A stretch of 20,000 nucleotides of DNA. Origin: Gonapodya sp. JEL0774. Lineage: Eukaryota. A program made the translations under genes and the position numbers. Positions 1 through 11,179 of the stretch are shown in pieces; position 1 is the stretch's first letter; the number at the start of each line of letters is the position of its first letter. The notes below the pieces were generated by a model, which did no database searches, was not told the origin of the DNA, and saw nothing but the letters and a program-made list of their open reading frames with translations. The stretch is taken from the NCBI GenBank assembly GCA_027604505.1, contig JADIIX010000103.1, positions 55,899 to 75,898 of the forward strand. Reading direction: 5' to 3'.

Positions 1-250
1 TGGGTATCAAAGTCGTCCTGTGAGAGTTGAACGGTGTGCGAGCCGTGAAGATTAATCTGACTTTTAGGAGTGTGAAGGACTTTTGCGAGATAATAGTTGG
101 AAGCTCTGTTACGGATGCTACGGTGGTGGTGGAATCACTGGAGGTGGAGGAATTACCAGTAGACATTGTGAGGCCCATGTCTGCGTTTATACGGTGGAGA
201 GGTGTTCCAGGGACTACACGCGAACATGAACTCGACATAATTCCACACAT
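1..250 (-). CDS. 5' fragment of a putative class II (Ntn) glutamine amidotransferase-domain protein, possibly ASNSD1/YML096W-like; runs off the window
   Basis: The minus-strand frame opens at ATG 250 and reads MCGIMSSSCSRVVPGTPLHRINADMGLTMSTGNSSTSSDSTTTVASVTELPTIISQKSFTLLK. It stays open to the window edge, with a possible 44-nt GT-AG intron at 61..18. M-C-G-I is the N-terminal nucleophile signature of AsnB, GFAT, PurF and ASNSD1. A long Ser/Thr-rich stretch before the expected RGPD motif fits ASNSD1-like proteins best, but RGPD itself is outside the window. Confidence 0.5.
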   Translation of the reverse strand, partial: MCGIMSSSCSRVVPGTPLHRINADMGLTMSTGNSSTSSDSTTTVASVTELPTIISQKSFTLLKVRLIFTARTPFNSHRTTLIP

Positions 251-611
251 CGTGCGCCTTTGGTGAATTAGTCAGACCCCTCATGAACACTTGCGTGGTT
301 TTGAGAGGTCAGGATACAAGGAGAGTATCTTCGAATTCATGGGCGAACCTTCTGCTAGCTCAGCACAGATTGTCCCTCGTTAACTTTGAGGGTTTGTATA
401 TAATACATAAAATAGTGATTGATCGTGAGGGAAAGTTTGATGAACACCTTCGGGAGAACCAACTAATTGTGTGGGCCTCACACAAATTAATTAGCATGAT
501 TGAAGGCAATTGCTTTAATTGCGGTGCAAACTAACTTACTCAAAGATGCGATCAAGTGGAGAGCAGAGACCTTTCTTGAAAGAAATCAGTAGCAGTGTTT
601 TCGCCGGGTGG

Positions 612-3277
612 ATGGAGGGAGGTGGTGCAAGGGTGGCGAAGTTCCGTTCCCAGCTTGTTCCAAACATTCCAACGTCAGAGGATTTCCTCCAGAATCGCAG
701 CTCTCCCAGCCCAATGGCGTGTCCCTTTGAGTCGCCTCTCTCCCAATCGTCTCAGGGCTCGTCACGGGACCTCTTTTTGAGCGCTTCTGAAGATTATGGC
801 GTTGCCACCTTGACGGCGCACTTCGATGCGAACATGGGACCGGGCTCCAGGTGAGCTATTTGCACGCTCACCATTACTCATGGTAAAAACAATGTTGTGT
901 GGTAGCATCGTGGAGGAATCGCGCTGTGTGCATGTGTTCTTGAGGGAGGATGTTATTTGAAAGACTTTGTAACGAAAATGTTCTGGAGAGCTTGAGGGCA
1001 TAGGCCGCGATCGCATCTCCATACTTATTGCTGTCATCTGGGGTTTTGCGTGATGGCGGGATCGGGGCCTTGGTGGCTCGGGTTTGTCATTGTAGCTGGA
1101 GCTCCCCCGTGTTGCGGATCACGTCAGGTTCTGACGATACTTTTTCAATGTGCTGTCCTCAGCCCACTGCAGCCTCCTCCCCCCGTTTCCCATAATCCAT
1201 TCTTTGTCGCTGCACGTGCAACGTCCTCCGCCCCATCTGCCCCCTCTGCGGCGGACGTCTTCGCCACACGTCCCAAGCGACCCGCCTTCACCAAGACCCG
1301 GACAGCCCCTTCATTCTCCCTAACGCGTGCTTCATCTGGAAACTTTGTTGACCGTCTTGCTCGCGCTCGAGACCTGGACTCGTCGGATGACGATGGGTTT
1401 GGGTTAGCACCATTCTCGTTGAGAGCGCTCGCAACCCGTAGCTCCGCTGATGTCTCGATGGATCTGGACAAGGAAGAAGAAGAACTTGTAGCTCTGCCAA
1501 GTGTACGGAAGCAATCGGACTTTGTACCAGTTCTAAATGCACGAGTGTCTTCGGCGAACTTGGGCTCGTGAGTGACACGGTCCTATGGGGACGAATGACG
1601 GTTCACGGTATCAATCTTAAGCGCCTAAAACGATTCAATTGTCTTCTACCCCAGCAAACCTGGGTCACAGGCGCATCTTTTAGAGACGTCGACAAACGCT
1701 CAGCCACGGTCGCTCTCAACAATAGTGCCGCTATCGCTCGCACCTGGAGCTTTAGCTAAAAGAAATCTCAAGGAAGATGCCTTGTCCAAGTGAATTCCTA
1801 CGGTCCTCGTCAATATAGATATGTCGTTTCACATTGGTTATCTTCCTCAACACAGGCTCCGTGGGCCCGCCCAACGCTGGCACTCCTCAGCTAGCGCAAG
1901 TGCAAGCACTAGTTCCTTTGGCTCGGGAAATTTCTCCAGCAGGTCTTCCTTTCGCTCTGCCGGTACCAGTGTGAAAAGTGGCGCCACGGTGAGATATCAA
2001 GTTTTGATGGTGGGAGCTCACGCTCCAAGATACTTTCCTTTCCCAGGAGAAGAACCCGGTCAACCTTGGGCGACACGCTGGTTCAACTAGACGGTAAAGT
2101 TGAAACGCATTCCTGGAAATTTTCGTTTAGTGCCCTCAGCGCATCCACGTGTCGTTAGACCAACCGCGCTCGCTCTTTCGATGCCCCCGCTTCCAAATAA
2201 CGATACGGACATGGGTCTCGCAGATCCTGTACCCACCTCGGCATCTGTGACTTCCTCGAGGGGCTCAAACGAGTCAACAACCTCATCTTGCAGTGACGCT
2301 CGAGTACCGTGTGAGTACTTACTTTTCCTGTTTCAGCTACGCAAACATGTTTGAAGATGGCAGGTTGGGTGGCAGCTCCGATGGGCGACTTTTCCTTTTT
2401 TTCAAGCTGGAACCCACATGCGGCCACAATGCTTGGGCACGGCGAAAATCGATTGCTACCTTGTATCGAAACGGTCAAGGACTCGATGAGGAGGATAACG
2501 GGGGACACGGTGAGCGAGCGAGTCTATGATCACCTTGCTTTAGCACGAAATTCATACTTTGCAAACAATAATGGCAGCTGGTGCGCCTCCTTGAGGGCGA
2601 GTTTAGAAGCACTATAGCGGCCTTTCACATTGTAGACTGCCGCTATGCTTTTGAGTACGATGGAGGCCACATCCGTGGTGCTCGCAACATTTTTAAACTG
2701 GAAGAACTGGAACAGATGTTTGTGCAACCAGTTCTTGAAGATGGAGCGACTGTGCAGGGACCACGAATGAGTCGAGAGGTCATCATCTTTCACTGTGAGT
2801 TCTCGAGCCACAGGGCACCCAGAATGTGAGTGCGAGCGAGGGAAGATGGTGATACGCGTGGCTGCATTCTCTAAACTTTAACGTGGGGTATTCGACAACG
2901 ACAACAGGGCCGCTCATCTTCGGTCCAAAGATCGAATGCTCAACATTGAGTACTATCCCCGCCTTCATTGGCCCGAAGTGTATGTTTTGAATGGGGGATA
3001 CTGTGAATTCTTTAAGAATCACAAGGTGAGCATGTTGGTGTGCATGTAAGAGAATAATTGCTTATGCCCAACGGGTTTGTCAGGGGTACTGCGATCCTCA
3101 GGCTTACGTGGAAATGGTGCAACCTGAATACCGTGAAGAATGTCTAGAAAACCGGCGAGAGTTCAAGAAAGCCAAGTCGTTCACAGACGCGTACCACAGG
3201 TGGGTAACGTTGCAACCGTGAAAACTCCAGTTGCTCACTCCCACGAATTCTCAAACAGGGATCGGTTGGCATTTTGA
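612..3277 (+). CDS. cdc25: M-phase inducer phosphatase Cdc25 (Mih1/NimT-like)
   Basis: Predicted exons: 612-850, 1163-1567, 1655-1789, 1856-1988, 2047-2093, 2159-2310, 2364-2509, 2578-2825, 2908-3025, 3084-3199, 3259-3277. The catalytic rhodanese domain is clear: IVDCRYAFEYDGGHIRGARNI, active site HCEFSSHRAPRM (2791-2825), DRMLNIEYYPRLHWPEVYVLNGGYCEFF and YCDPQAYVEM. The S/P-rich N-terminal exons and the last exon are less certain. Confidence 0.93.
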
Positions 3278-3967
3278 GACGTCAGAGATCATTTTATGCA
3301 GAGGAATGTTTTGAGTGCAAAGGGGTGGAAGTCATTCCACTCCTAGAGATTCATTCCGTCAGACGGAGAGTCATCCAACTAACATGAAAACAACGAAGCA
3401 CCGACCCCGAATGGTCAAGTCTGGAAGGGACACCGATTCATCCCCACAGGAAGCACCAAATCTTGACGTTTTTTATCAACGGAATTCTGTATGATTATCT
3501 GTCAATACCTATTATTACAGTCATATTATACACAGGAACACTTGGCTGAAACTCCAGTTAATTATTTTAGTCTCGATCTAGACCCAGCACTTTACGCATC
3601 TCACTTGTCCTGTATTGCTCGTCAAAACTTTACGAGTCACTTGCCAAAGCTTGCGAACCAGCCGAATATACACGGCAATGTCAGGATTGTCTTTATTATC
3701 GAGTCGTTTGTGAATTTGTTACAAGGATGATAAATGTGAGTGAAGCGGGCGACGGCAAATTGATATTCCGTGTCGGGTGAACACATCTGGTTGCAATGGG
3801 AGTAAACATTCCCGTCTCTGGCACACATCTACACGCCTCTACAACGCTATCTAATGTTCGGGCGGCTTCATCAGCTGTCTTGTGCTTCATCACGTGAATA
3901 TGTTTCCCATTCCGTCGGTGGTCCCTATCTTTGCACGCTGGCTTGTTCTCGTCGTGGTGTGAAAACA

Positions 3968-5212
3968 ATGGGGACCGCCAGATCTGTTTTGGTGTATGGA
4001 GGTGCTGGGCAACTTGGCAGGGTTGTAGTAGAGGAGTTTCACAAGAATGGATGGGTACGTGAATGCGTTCATCAAGGAGTGCACATCTCTTGTCCTTAAC
4101 CCCGAACTCATTCATGCAGACAACCCTTTCTGCTGATTTGACGTCTAACCCGCGCGCCAGCAAATGTATCGCCGTGGATCCAAGTGCTCCCCTAGTGACA
4201 CAAGCTGACCTGTTAGAGAGTGAAGTTGGTGAGAAAGAGTAATGAAGTTCACTCTTCAGAGAGACACCGGCGCCCAAATTTACGCCACATAATGTTACGC
4301 ACAAGGAAGTTTGGTTGGTGGAAAGCTGGAAGCGATTGTGAACTTGGCGGGGGGATGGGCTGGCGGGAATGCATCTGCCCAAGGTCGGTGTCACCTCGAT
4401 TGGATGAGCATGCTCTGCTTGTTCCGTGTGCGCAACGCGCACTGGAATCAAATCTGCTTATCTCTTTGTGTGGGCTGACTAACATGTCTCCTTTGACTTT
4501 GGGACAGACCTCCTCACGAATGTGGAACTGATGTTCCGCCAGAGCGTCCACAGTTCCTTCATAACGTCAAAAGTTGCCGCTTCAAGGCTAGGGGAGTATG
4601 TATTCTCGATTCACATTGGTAGTACGGTTATTTGACATAATCCCTGGGATTGCCAGAGGAGGGCTTCTCGCGCTCACTGGTGCAGCATCCGCACGTTCTC
4701 CAACTCCCATGATGGTATGTTCTTTTTTAAGCTTACCCCTGCACCATGCAACAATTCAAGCAGCATGTATGGATGTGAACGTTTCTGTTTTTCTGACGGT
4801 CTATGAACCACCCATCTGACCTGTACGCCAGCTTGCATATGGTGCAGCCAAGGCATCAGTCCACCACCTTGTACGCTCTTTAGCGAGACCGGAGTCTGGA
4901 CTACCGTCACAATCTGTAGTGCTTGGCATTCTACCGATCATGTTGGACACACCAACGAATCGTAAATATGCGGAGCAAGGCACAGATTTTGCAACTTGGA
5001 CACCACTGGAACACGTCGCTTTGTGAGTAGATGCCTAGTGCTTTGTTTGCAACACAATGTGCCTGATCTGATGTATGTTGCATTGACGCCCCCTATTAAT
5101 GGTTTCCAGGAAGCTCTTCGAATGGGCAGATGGGACAGACCGTCCTGAGAGTGGGAGTCTGATGCAGATTGAAACTATAGGAGGGAGAACGAGTTTCAAA
5201 GTTGTCCCATAA
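3968..5212 (+). CDS. QDPR: Dihydropteridine reductase (quinoid dihydropteridine reductase, SDR family)
   Basis: Exons: 3968-4054, 4120-4228, 4306-4383, 4508-4595, 4657-4714, 4832-5022, 5110-5212. Motifs VLVYGGAGQLG (Rossmann fold), NLAGGWAGG, GGLLALTGA, YGAAKASVHHL (YxxxK), SGLP, LPIMLDTPTNRK and DFATWTPLE match the DHPR family closely. Confidence 0.93.
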
Positions 5213-5358
5213 ATGAGTTGACTTGACATACACAATATAACATCATTGTGGAGGCATGGTTTCAACTCCCACATTGGGAGTGTGGGTGCAACAGTTAAAG
5301 TGCAATAATTCTCCGACAAATCACATTGCCCCGATCCGAAGTGGGCCTCGCAGCAGGA

Positions 5359-7094
5359 ATGTCGGTCAACGGCAAAGCCAACGGTGTGGATGCGACTATT
5401 GAAACTGCGAAAGCCGCGCGCGCTGCTTCCCTGGCGCTTCAGGGAGCGTCCTTGGAAGCGAAGTCCCTCGCCCTGCAGAGGATTCGGGAACGTCTTCTCG
5501 CGGATAAAGAGATCCTCCAAGAAGCAAACCAGCGAGATTTAAACGTGAGTGGAAGTTCATCTGCTTTTTCTCTGTTAATGCTGCATGGATTTTCGTAAAT
5601 TTCCGTGTTAAGGATGCGAAAGCACGGAAGGAGAAGGGAGAGTTAAGTGATTCTCTATTCAAAAGACTCGACCTCTTTGGACCTAGTGGAGCCAAGTTTG
5701 ATACTTTGCTGGAGGGAATTGACGACGTGGACAAATTGGAGGATCCTACTGGTGAGCACGCTTGATACAATTACACATGATGGAGCTCTGTAGGGTTCGG
5801 GTCCGATTTCCAGGTCAAGTCACTTACGCGTGCAAGTTGGATGATGGACTCGACCTATATCGAGTTACGTGCCCCGTTGGTGTGCTACTCATCATATTCG
5901 AGTCCCGTCCGGAAGTTGTGGTTCAGATTTCGACACTCGCCATCAAGTCCGGTGGGTGAAATAACACCGCATCTCAGATCGTTTTAAATCTCGAATTTTG
6001 TTGTTTGGTACGTAGGCAATGCTGTCATCTTGAAAGGAGGCCGAGAAGCCGCCCACTCCAATGCGGCGCTTCACATGTCCCTCCGCGTCGCTCTTTCATC
6101 TCTACCTTCCGATTGTGGAATATCTCCCGAGGCGATTCAGCTAGTATCAACACGTGACGAAATCGCGACCCTTCTTAAATTGGATGAATACATCGATTTG
6201 GCTATTCCGAGGGGTGGGAACGAGTTCGTGCGCTATGTGAAAGATAATACTCGGTGAGCAAAAACCACAGGATTGCGCTTCGCATAGATGCCCGAAGATA
6301 ACAACTTTTTTTCATCGAATGCAGAATACCGGTGCTTGGGCATGCTGACGGATTGTGCTCAATATATGTTGACTCTTCTGCGGATGTTGCAAAAGCTGTT
6401 TCTGTGGTGGTGGACTCAAAAACAAACTACCCCGCGGCGTGCAACGCGACCGAGACTCTGTTAATCCACGAAAATGCTCTTCAGACCGTCCTCCCGGGGA
6501 TTGCACATGCTTTATGGGCAAAAGGTGTTCAAATGAGATGCGATCCTGCGTCCCACGACGTATTAGCTCATCTGAATCCTCCGGCCGGCCTTCTTCAGCC
6601 TTCAGAGTGGGCCGATTTTGACACTGAGTTCTTGGACTCGATCATTGCTGTCGCAAGCGTTCCTAACCTCTCAGCAGCGCTGGCGCACATCAACTCACAT
6701 GGTTCACATCACACAGAGTGCATTGTGACAGAAGACCAGGCAATAGCTGAAGAGTTTATGAGAAAGGTCGATGCGGCGGGAGCTTACTGGAACGCCAGCA
6801 CACGATTTGCGGATGGGTTCAGATATGGATTTGGTGCGGAAATTGGGGTGAGCTTGTGGGGAGGAGCTTTTGTGGCTTGTCTGGGCGAGATTGTTAAGTT
6901 TTGTTTGTAACCAGGTTTCGACAAACAAGACACACGCACGAGGACCAGTCGGTTTGGAAGGATTGGTGATTTACAAATACAAAGTTTATGGGACTGGACA
7001 AGGCGCGGGGATGTATGGACCTGGCAAAAAGAGATACTTGCATCAAATGTTGGATCCAGAGGTTGAGCTTCAGCGAAGACCGGGATTGGCATGA
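5359..7094 (+). CDS. PRO2: Gamma-glutamyl phosphate reductase (stand-alone, ProA/PRO2 type)
   Basis: Exons: 5359-5544, 5613-5751, 5814-5951, 6016-6253, 6325-6847, 6915-7094. Motifs [61 protein letters not shown] (catalytic Cys), [15 protein letters not shown] and [36 protein letters not shown]. Confidence 0.96.
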
Positions 7095-7303
7095 ACAAAA
7101 TTCAATACGGATATCATAAAATGTAGCTACTCTATGCTTGCTTGCTATGGAAATGGGCATTGAGAGTGTCACGTTACAGTAACGCCGCGGAGCATGAAAC
7201 ACTGTGTCAGCCCCATGTAATATGGTGTTGTGTTGTGATTCACGGGAGGTTGTGCCATTCCATTCTCGAAGCCATCGGCCAACACGTGAAGTCTCCAGGC
7301 GTA

Positions 7304-8083
7304 ATGGTGGGCTGCTCGTGCTCACAGATGGTTATCGTATTAAAACTTAGCTTCTTGCCCTCGCGGTTTCCGGGCTCGATGCGACAAACTGCCAGATCCG
7401 CTTCATTCTTGTCCAGAATCGACAAGGCAAGACTCGCCTCCAGAAGTGGTACATGCCTTTTGAGGACGATGAAAAGCAAAAGCTAAAGGGAGAAGTTCAT
7501 CGATTAGTTGCGCCGAGGGACCAAAAGTCTCAGAGCAACTTTGTGGAGGTGAGTCTGGGCGAGCGAGTTTCTCGATCCTCAAATGGAGAAGAAAGTTGTT
7601 CAAATTGTTTATGTAAATTTCGGGGATCTTTGCGGCAGTTCCGCAACTACAAAATCGTGTATCGTCGATACGCCGGACTGTTCTTCTGCTTCTGTGTGGA
7701 CCAGAACGATAATGAGCTCGCGTACCTTGAAGCAATACACTTTTTTGTGGAGGTACTGGACGCTTTCTTCGGAAACGTATGCGAGCTGGATCTTGGTGGG
7801 TTCCTGCCATCGTGCTTCTAGAGCGAGAGGGGGAACTTGTGGCTCTGACACGTTTTAATATCTGTTGGGAACCCTAGTTTTCAACTTTTTCAAGGTTAGT
7901 TGTGACACAAGCGCTGTGTGCCTGCAAACGAAGTCGGAAATGTCGCGAAACTGATGAGAATCCTCGGTTCTCGTTTTATAGGTTTATGCCATTTTAGACG
8001 AGGTCTTTCTAGCTGGAGAAATTCAGGAGACCTCAAAAAGTGTGGTATTGGGGCGATTAGATCAGTTGGACAAACTGGAATGA
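7304..8083 (+). CDS. APS2: AP-2 clathrin adaptor complex sigma subunit
   Basis: Exons: 7304-7306 (ATG only; ATG 7328 is a weaker alternative), 7396-7548, 7639-7795, 7878-7894, 7982-8083. The protein reads [129 protein letters not shown]..., near-identical to the sigma-2 consensus. Confidence 0.96.
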
Positions 8084-8250
8084 TTTCATTGGTTATGTAC
8101 TGTCAACTGCGGTGTTGCCGGTCATTTTAGTCATTATTGTACATCCATTTACCGTTAATAATATAAATGTTGCCAGTGTATCATTACGGTAACGGTCATT
8201 TGGTAATTTGGTTGTGCACTCACTGTGAAAGCTGTCTTCGCAACAACCAC

Positions 8251-11179
8251 ATGGAGCAACTGACACCGAACTCGATCGCGTCGCTCTACTCACAAAGACA
8301 ACAAGGACCATGTGTAGTTCAAGCTCTGAACATAAAGAAGATTCTGCCGTCTGGGACTCAAAACCAGGAACGATTCAGGTTCGTATTCTCGCCTCACTGA
8401 TCTGCCGGCCCAGAAAATGTTGCATCCACGCAGAGGGGATTAGAAAACGAGGTGATCCGGGAATAGCGGTATGGCAGCTTTGCTGGTTGGGGTCTCCGGC
8501 ATGGAGGAGAATTCAGCAGGTTATCATCAGAAACCACCGGGATCTCAGCCTCCCCTGATTCGCAGTCATAGTAAAAGCACAGATTAATACTCAACCATGT
8601 TCTTGGTTCTTGCTCCTGACCGTTTTGTTTCTCAAACTGCCAGGGTCATCATCTCCGATGGAACCTTCTTCATGCAAGGAATGCTTGCAACACAGCTGAA
8701 TGATATTTGTAATTCCGGTCTGCTCCAAAGAAATGGTATTTTCCGGATAAAGGAGTTCGTGGTGAACAATGTCTCAAGTAGGACGTAAGTGTATAAATTG
8801 AGAGTCCGGAGTCTCTGATCTGATTGGTTTTGCACGGTTTTTGTCATGTACTGTACGATCAACGAACACCTTTTGTCCGTGTGGTTTTGTTGTTGTGGTC
8901 ACTGCTCTTCCTTTCTCGACCGCATATTCATTCCAAATATCTCCATCAGCATCGCTGTAATCCTTAACATTGACGTCCTCACTCCCAACAACCCCTCCTT
9001 GGACCGTATCGGGCACCCTAAGAATATTGAGGAAGTTGGCGCTGACTTTGACTTAGTTCAGGGTGGAGCGGCCCAGCCTCACGCGGCATTCGGTAACGTC
9101 ACGAATGGCGGATACAACCGGCAAGAACCTCATCAACAGCGACCTGGCATGGGGAGTGGCCAGCAAGTTCGTCCCTATGGTGGTGAGGGAACTTACCGGA
9201 GCCAATCTAACGTTGTCGTTGGCAATGGTGTTCCTGGCGTGCCCGAGGGCCTCGGACCGATATTCCCCATCAGCCATCTCAGCCCTTATCAGAACAAGTA
9301 CGTTTTGCCATGTGCTCTCATGATCTCCCTTGCCCTGTTCCTCTATCCCACGTGACCTTGAATAATTAGATGGACCATTCGTGCCCGTGCCGTCAACAAG
9401 TCTGATATTAAGACCTGGACAAATCAGCGTGGTGAAGGATCTTTGTTCAGTGTCACGTTTGTGGATGAGTCGGTGGGTTTCAAATCGTTGCCTCCCTTTC
9501 GACGCTTGTGAGTGAACTTTACTTCCGACGGCACTTTTGGCAGGGCGAAATTCGTGTCACTGCGTTTAACGACTCGGTAAAGACATTTTATGATGTTATC
9601 CAAGAGAACCAGGTGCTTTCCATCCCGTCGTCGTTCGGGTGGTCGTTTCGTCACAGCAATCGTTCGTCTCAGGTGTATTATATCTCTCGAGCTTCCGTCA
9701 AGCAGGCTAAGCGGCAGTGGGGTGTTCAGAATGAGTACGAGATGACTTTGGAGCCTTCCTCGGTGGTTGAGCGGTGTGATGACGGGAACGCAGCTGCAGT
9801 TCCGGGCATGAAATTCAACTTTGTGCGTCTGGATAGGCTGTTGGAGTATGAGAAAGACCAGACCATAGGTGAGAATATGCTATTTTTTGTGATGGACTCT
9901 TTGGTTCAAGAATCCCTGTCGTTTCAGATGTTGTTGGAATCATACATTCCATAAGTGATGTCTCCACCATCATCGGCAAGCAGTCGAACAAGACTGTGGA
10001 GAAGCGCGAGCTAACCTTAGTGGACGATTCGAGCCGACAAGTGAGACTGACATTGTGGGGAAAGCAGGCCACCGATTTTCGCGCTGAGGACAAAGCTGTT
10101 GTTGCTGTGAAAGGAGCAAGGCTGGGTGACTTCGGAGGTTCGATTAACGAACTTTGCTTTTGTGTGTCGCTTTTTGACGCACTCCGACACGGTTTCTGTT
10201 CAGGCCGTACACTCTCCGTCTCTGCTGGCTGTACACTTACATACAATCCAGACATTCCAGAGGCTGCTCAGCTTCGTGCATGGTACGATCACCTCCCGCC
10301 TGGCATTGAATTCTCTTCGTACAGTAACGCTGGTGGGCCGGGTGGTGGTCTGAGGGATTCTAAAAGGGACGAGTTCAAAACTATATCACAGATCAAAGAT
10401 GAGAATTTGGGGCAAAAGGAAACAGTTCGTGCTCGCCCTGGTGCATTTTGGGATGAAGTTTCTCCACTCTTACTCCCATGAATATCTCGCCTTAGGCTGA
10501 CTTCTTTAACATCCGCGGGACGATTATCTTCATTCGTAACGAGAACGTTGCTTATCCGGCATGCCCCAGCTCGGGTTGCAACAAAAGGGTTACGGAAGAG
10601 GCGCCAGGGCAATGGAGGTGCGAGAAGTGTAACAAGACTTACCCGGAGCCCTTTTATCGGTCAGTGTTGTGGATTTAGCTGTAAAGGTCAAATTATCGGA
10701 CTGGAATGTGTGTGCTTCCTGCAGATACATCCTATCAGTTTCTGTGAGTGACCATACAGGTCAGACATGGCTGACGGCATTTCACGATGTAGGCGTAGAG
10801 CTCCTGGGAATGGAAGCGGGGGCGTTGCTCAAGTTGAAGGTAATGGGCTGTCCTCTTTGTTGTGGGTGGCGACTACTTGATTGACGGTTCCGGAAACTTT
10901 GGCAGGACAATGGTGCACCGGGGGATTACGACGCAGTTTTCAATGATGCTACTTTCAAAATGTTCGATTTCCGACTTAGGGCGAAGTCGGACACTTATAA
11001 TGTAAGCTTCATTCAACCCTACTAACACTCATCCTTTTTTAAATTCAGTGTATTCTTTGTGGTTCAACTAGGAGGAGACAAGAACTAGGATTCAAATTCA
11101 AGCAATGACACACTTAAAGTGGAAGGAAGCGAGCAAACAACTCGCGCAGACTATCGAGGCATATGAAAAGATGGCGTGA
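8251..11179 (+). CDS. RFA1: Replication protein A 70 kDa subunit
   Basis: 12 exons: 8251-8378, 8644-8784, 8950-9297, 9370-9472, 9544-9612, 9673-9868, 9928-10137, 10204-10424, 10496-10659, 10725-10839, 10906-11001, 11072-11179. Domains: RPA70N ([19 protein letters not shown]), DBD-A ([40 protein letters not shown]), DBD-B ([23 protein letters not shown]) and the DBD-C zinc ribbon ([13 protein letters not shown]...WRCEKC). Confidence 0.96.

Noticed and set aside
1049..1135. Possible C/D snoRNA in cdc25 intron 1 (GTGATGG ... CTGA)
   Set aside because: The C box is imperfect and the CTGA coincides with the likely branch site (CTGAC). I recognised no rRNA guide.
3388..3967. Short ORFs between cdc25 and QDPR
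   Set aside because: No motifs or coherent exon structure; likely UTR and promoter sequence.
3696..4451. 251-aa minus-strand ORF, and similar antisense ORFs such as 12406-13122 and 17519-18031
   Set aside because: They are antisense shadows of real spliced genes and show no recognisable domain.
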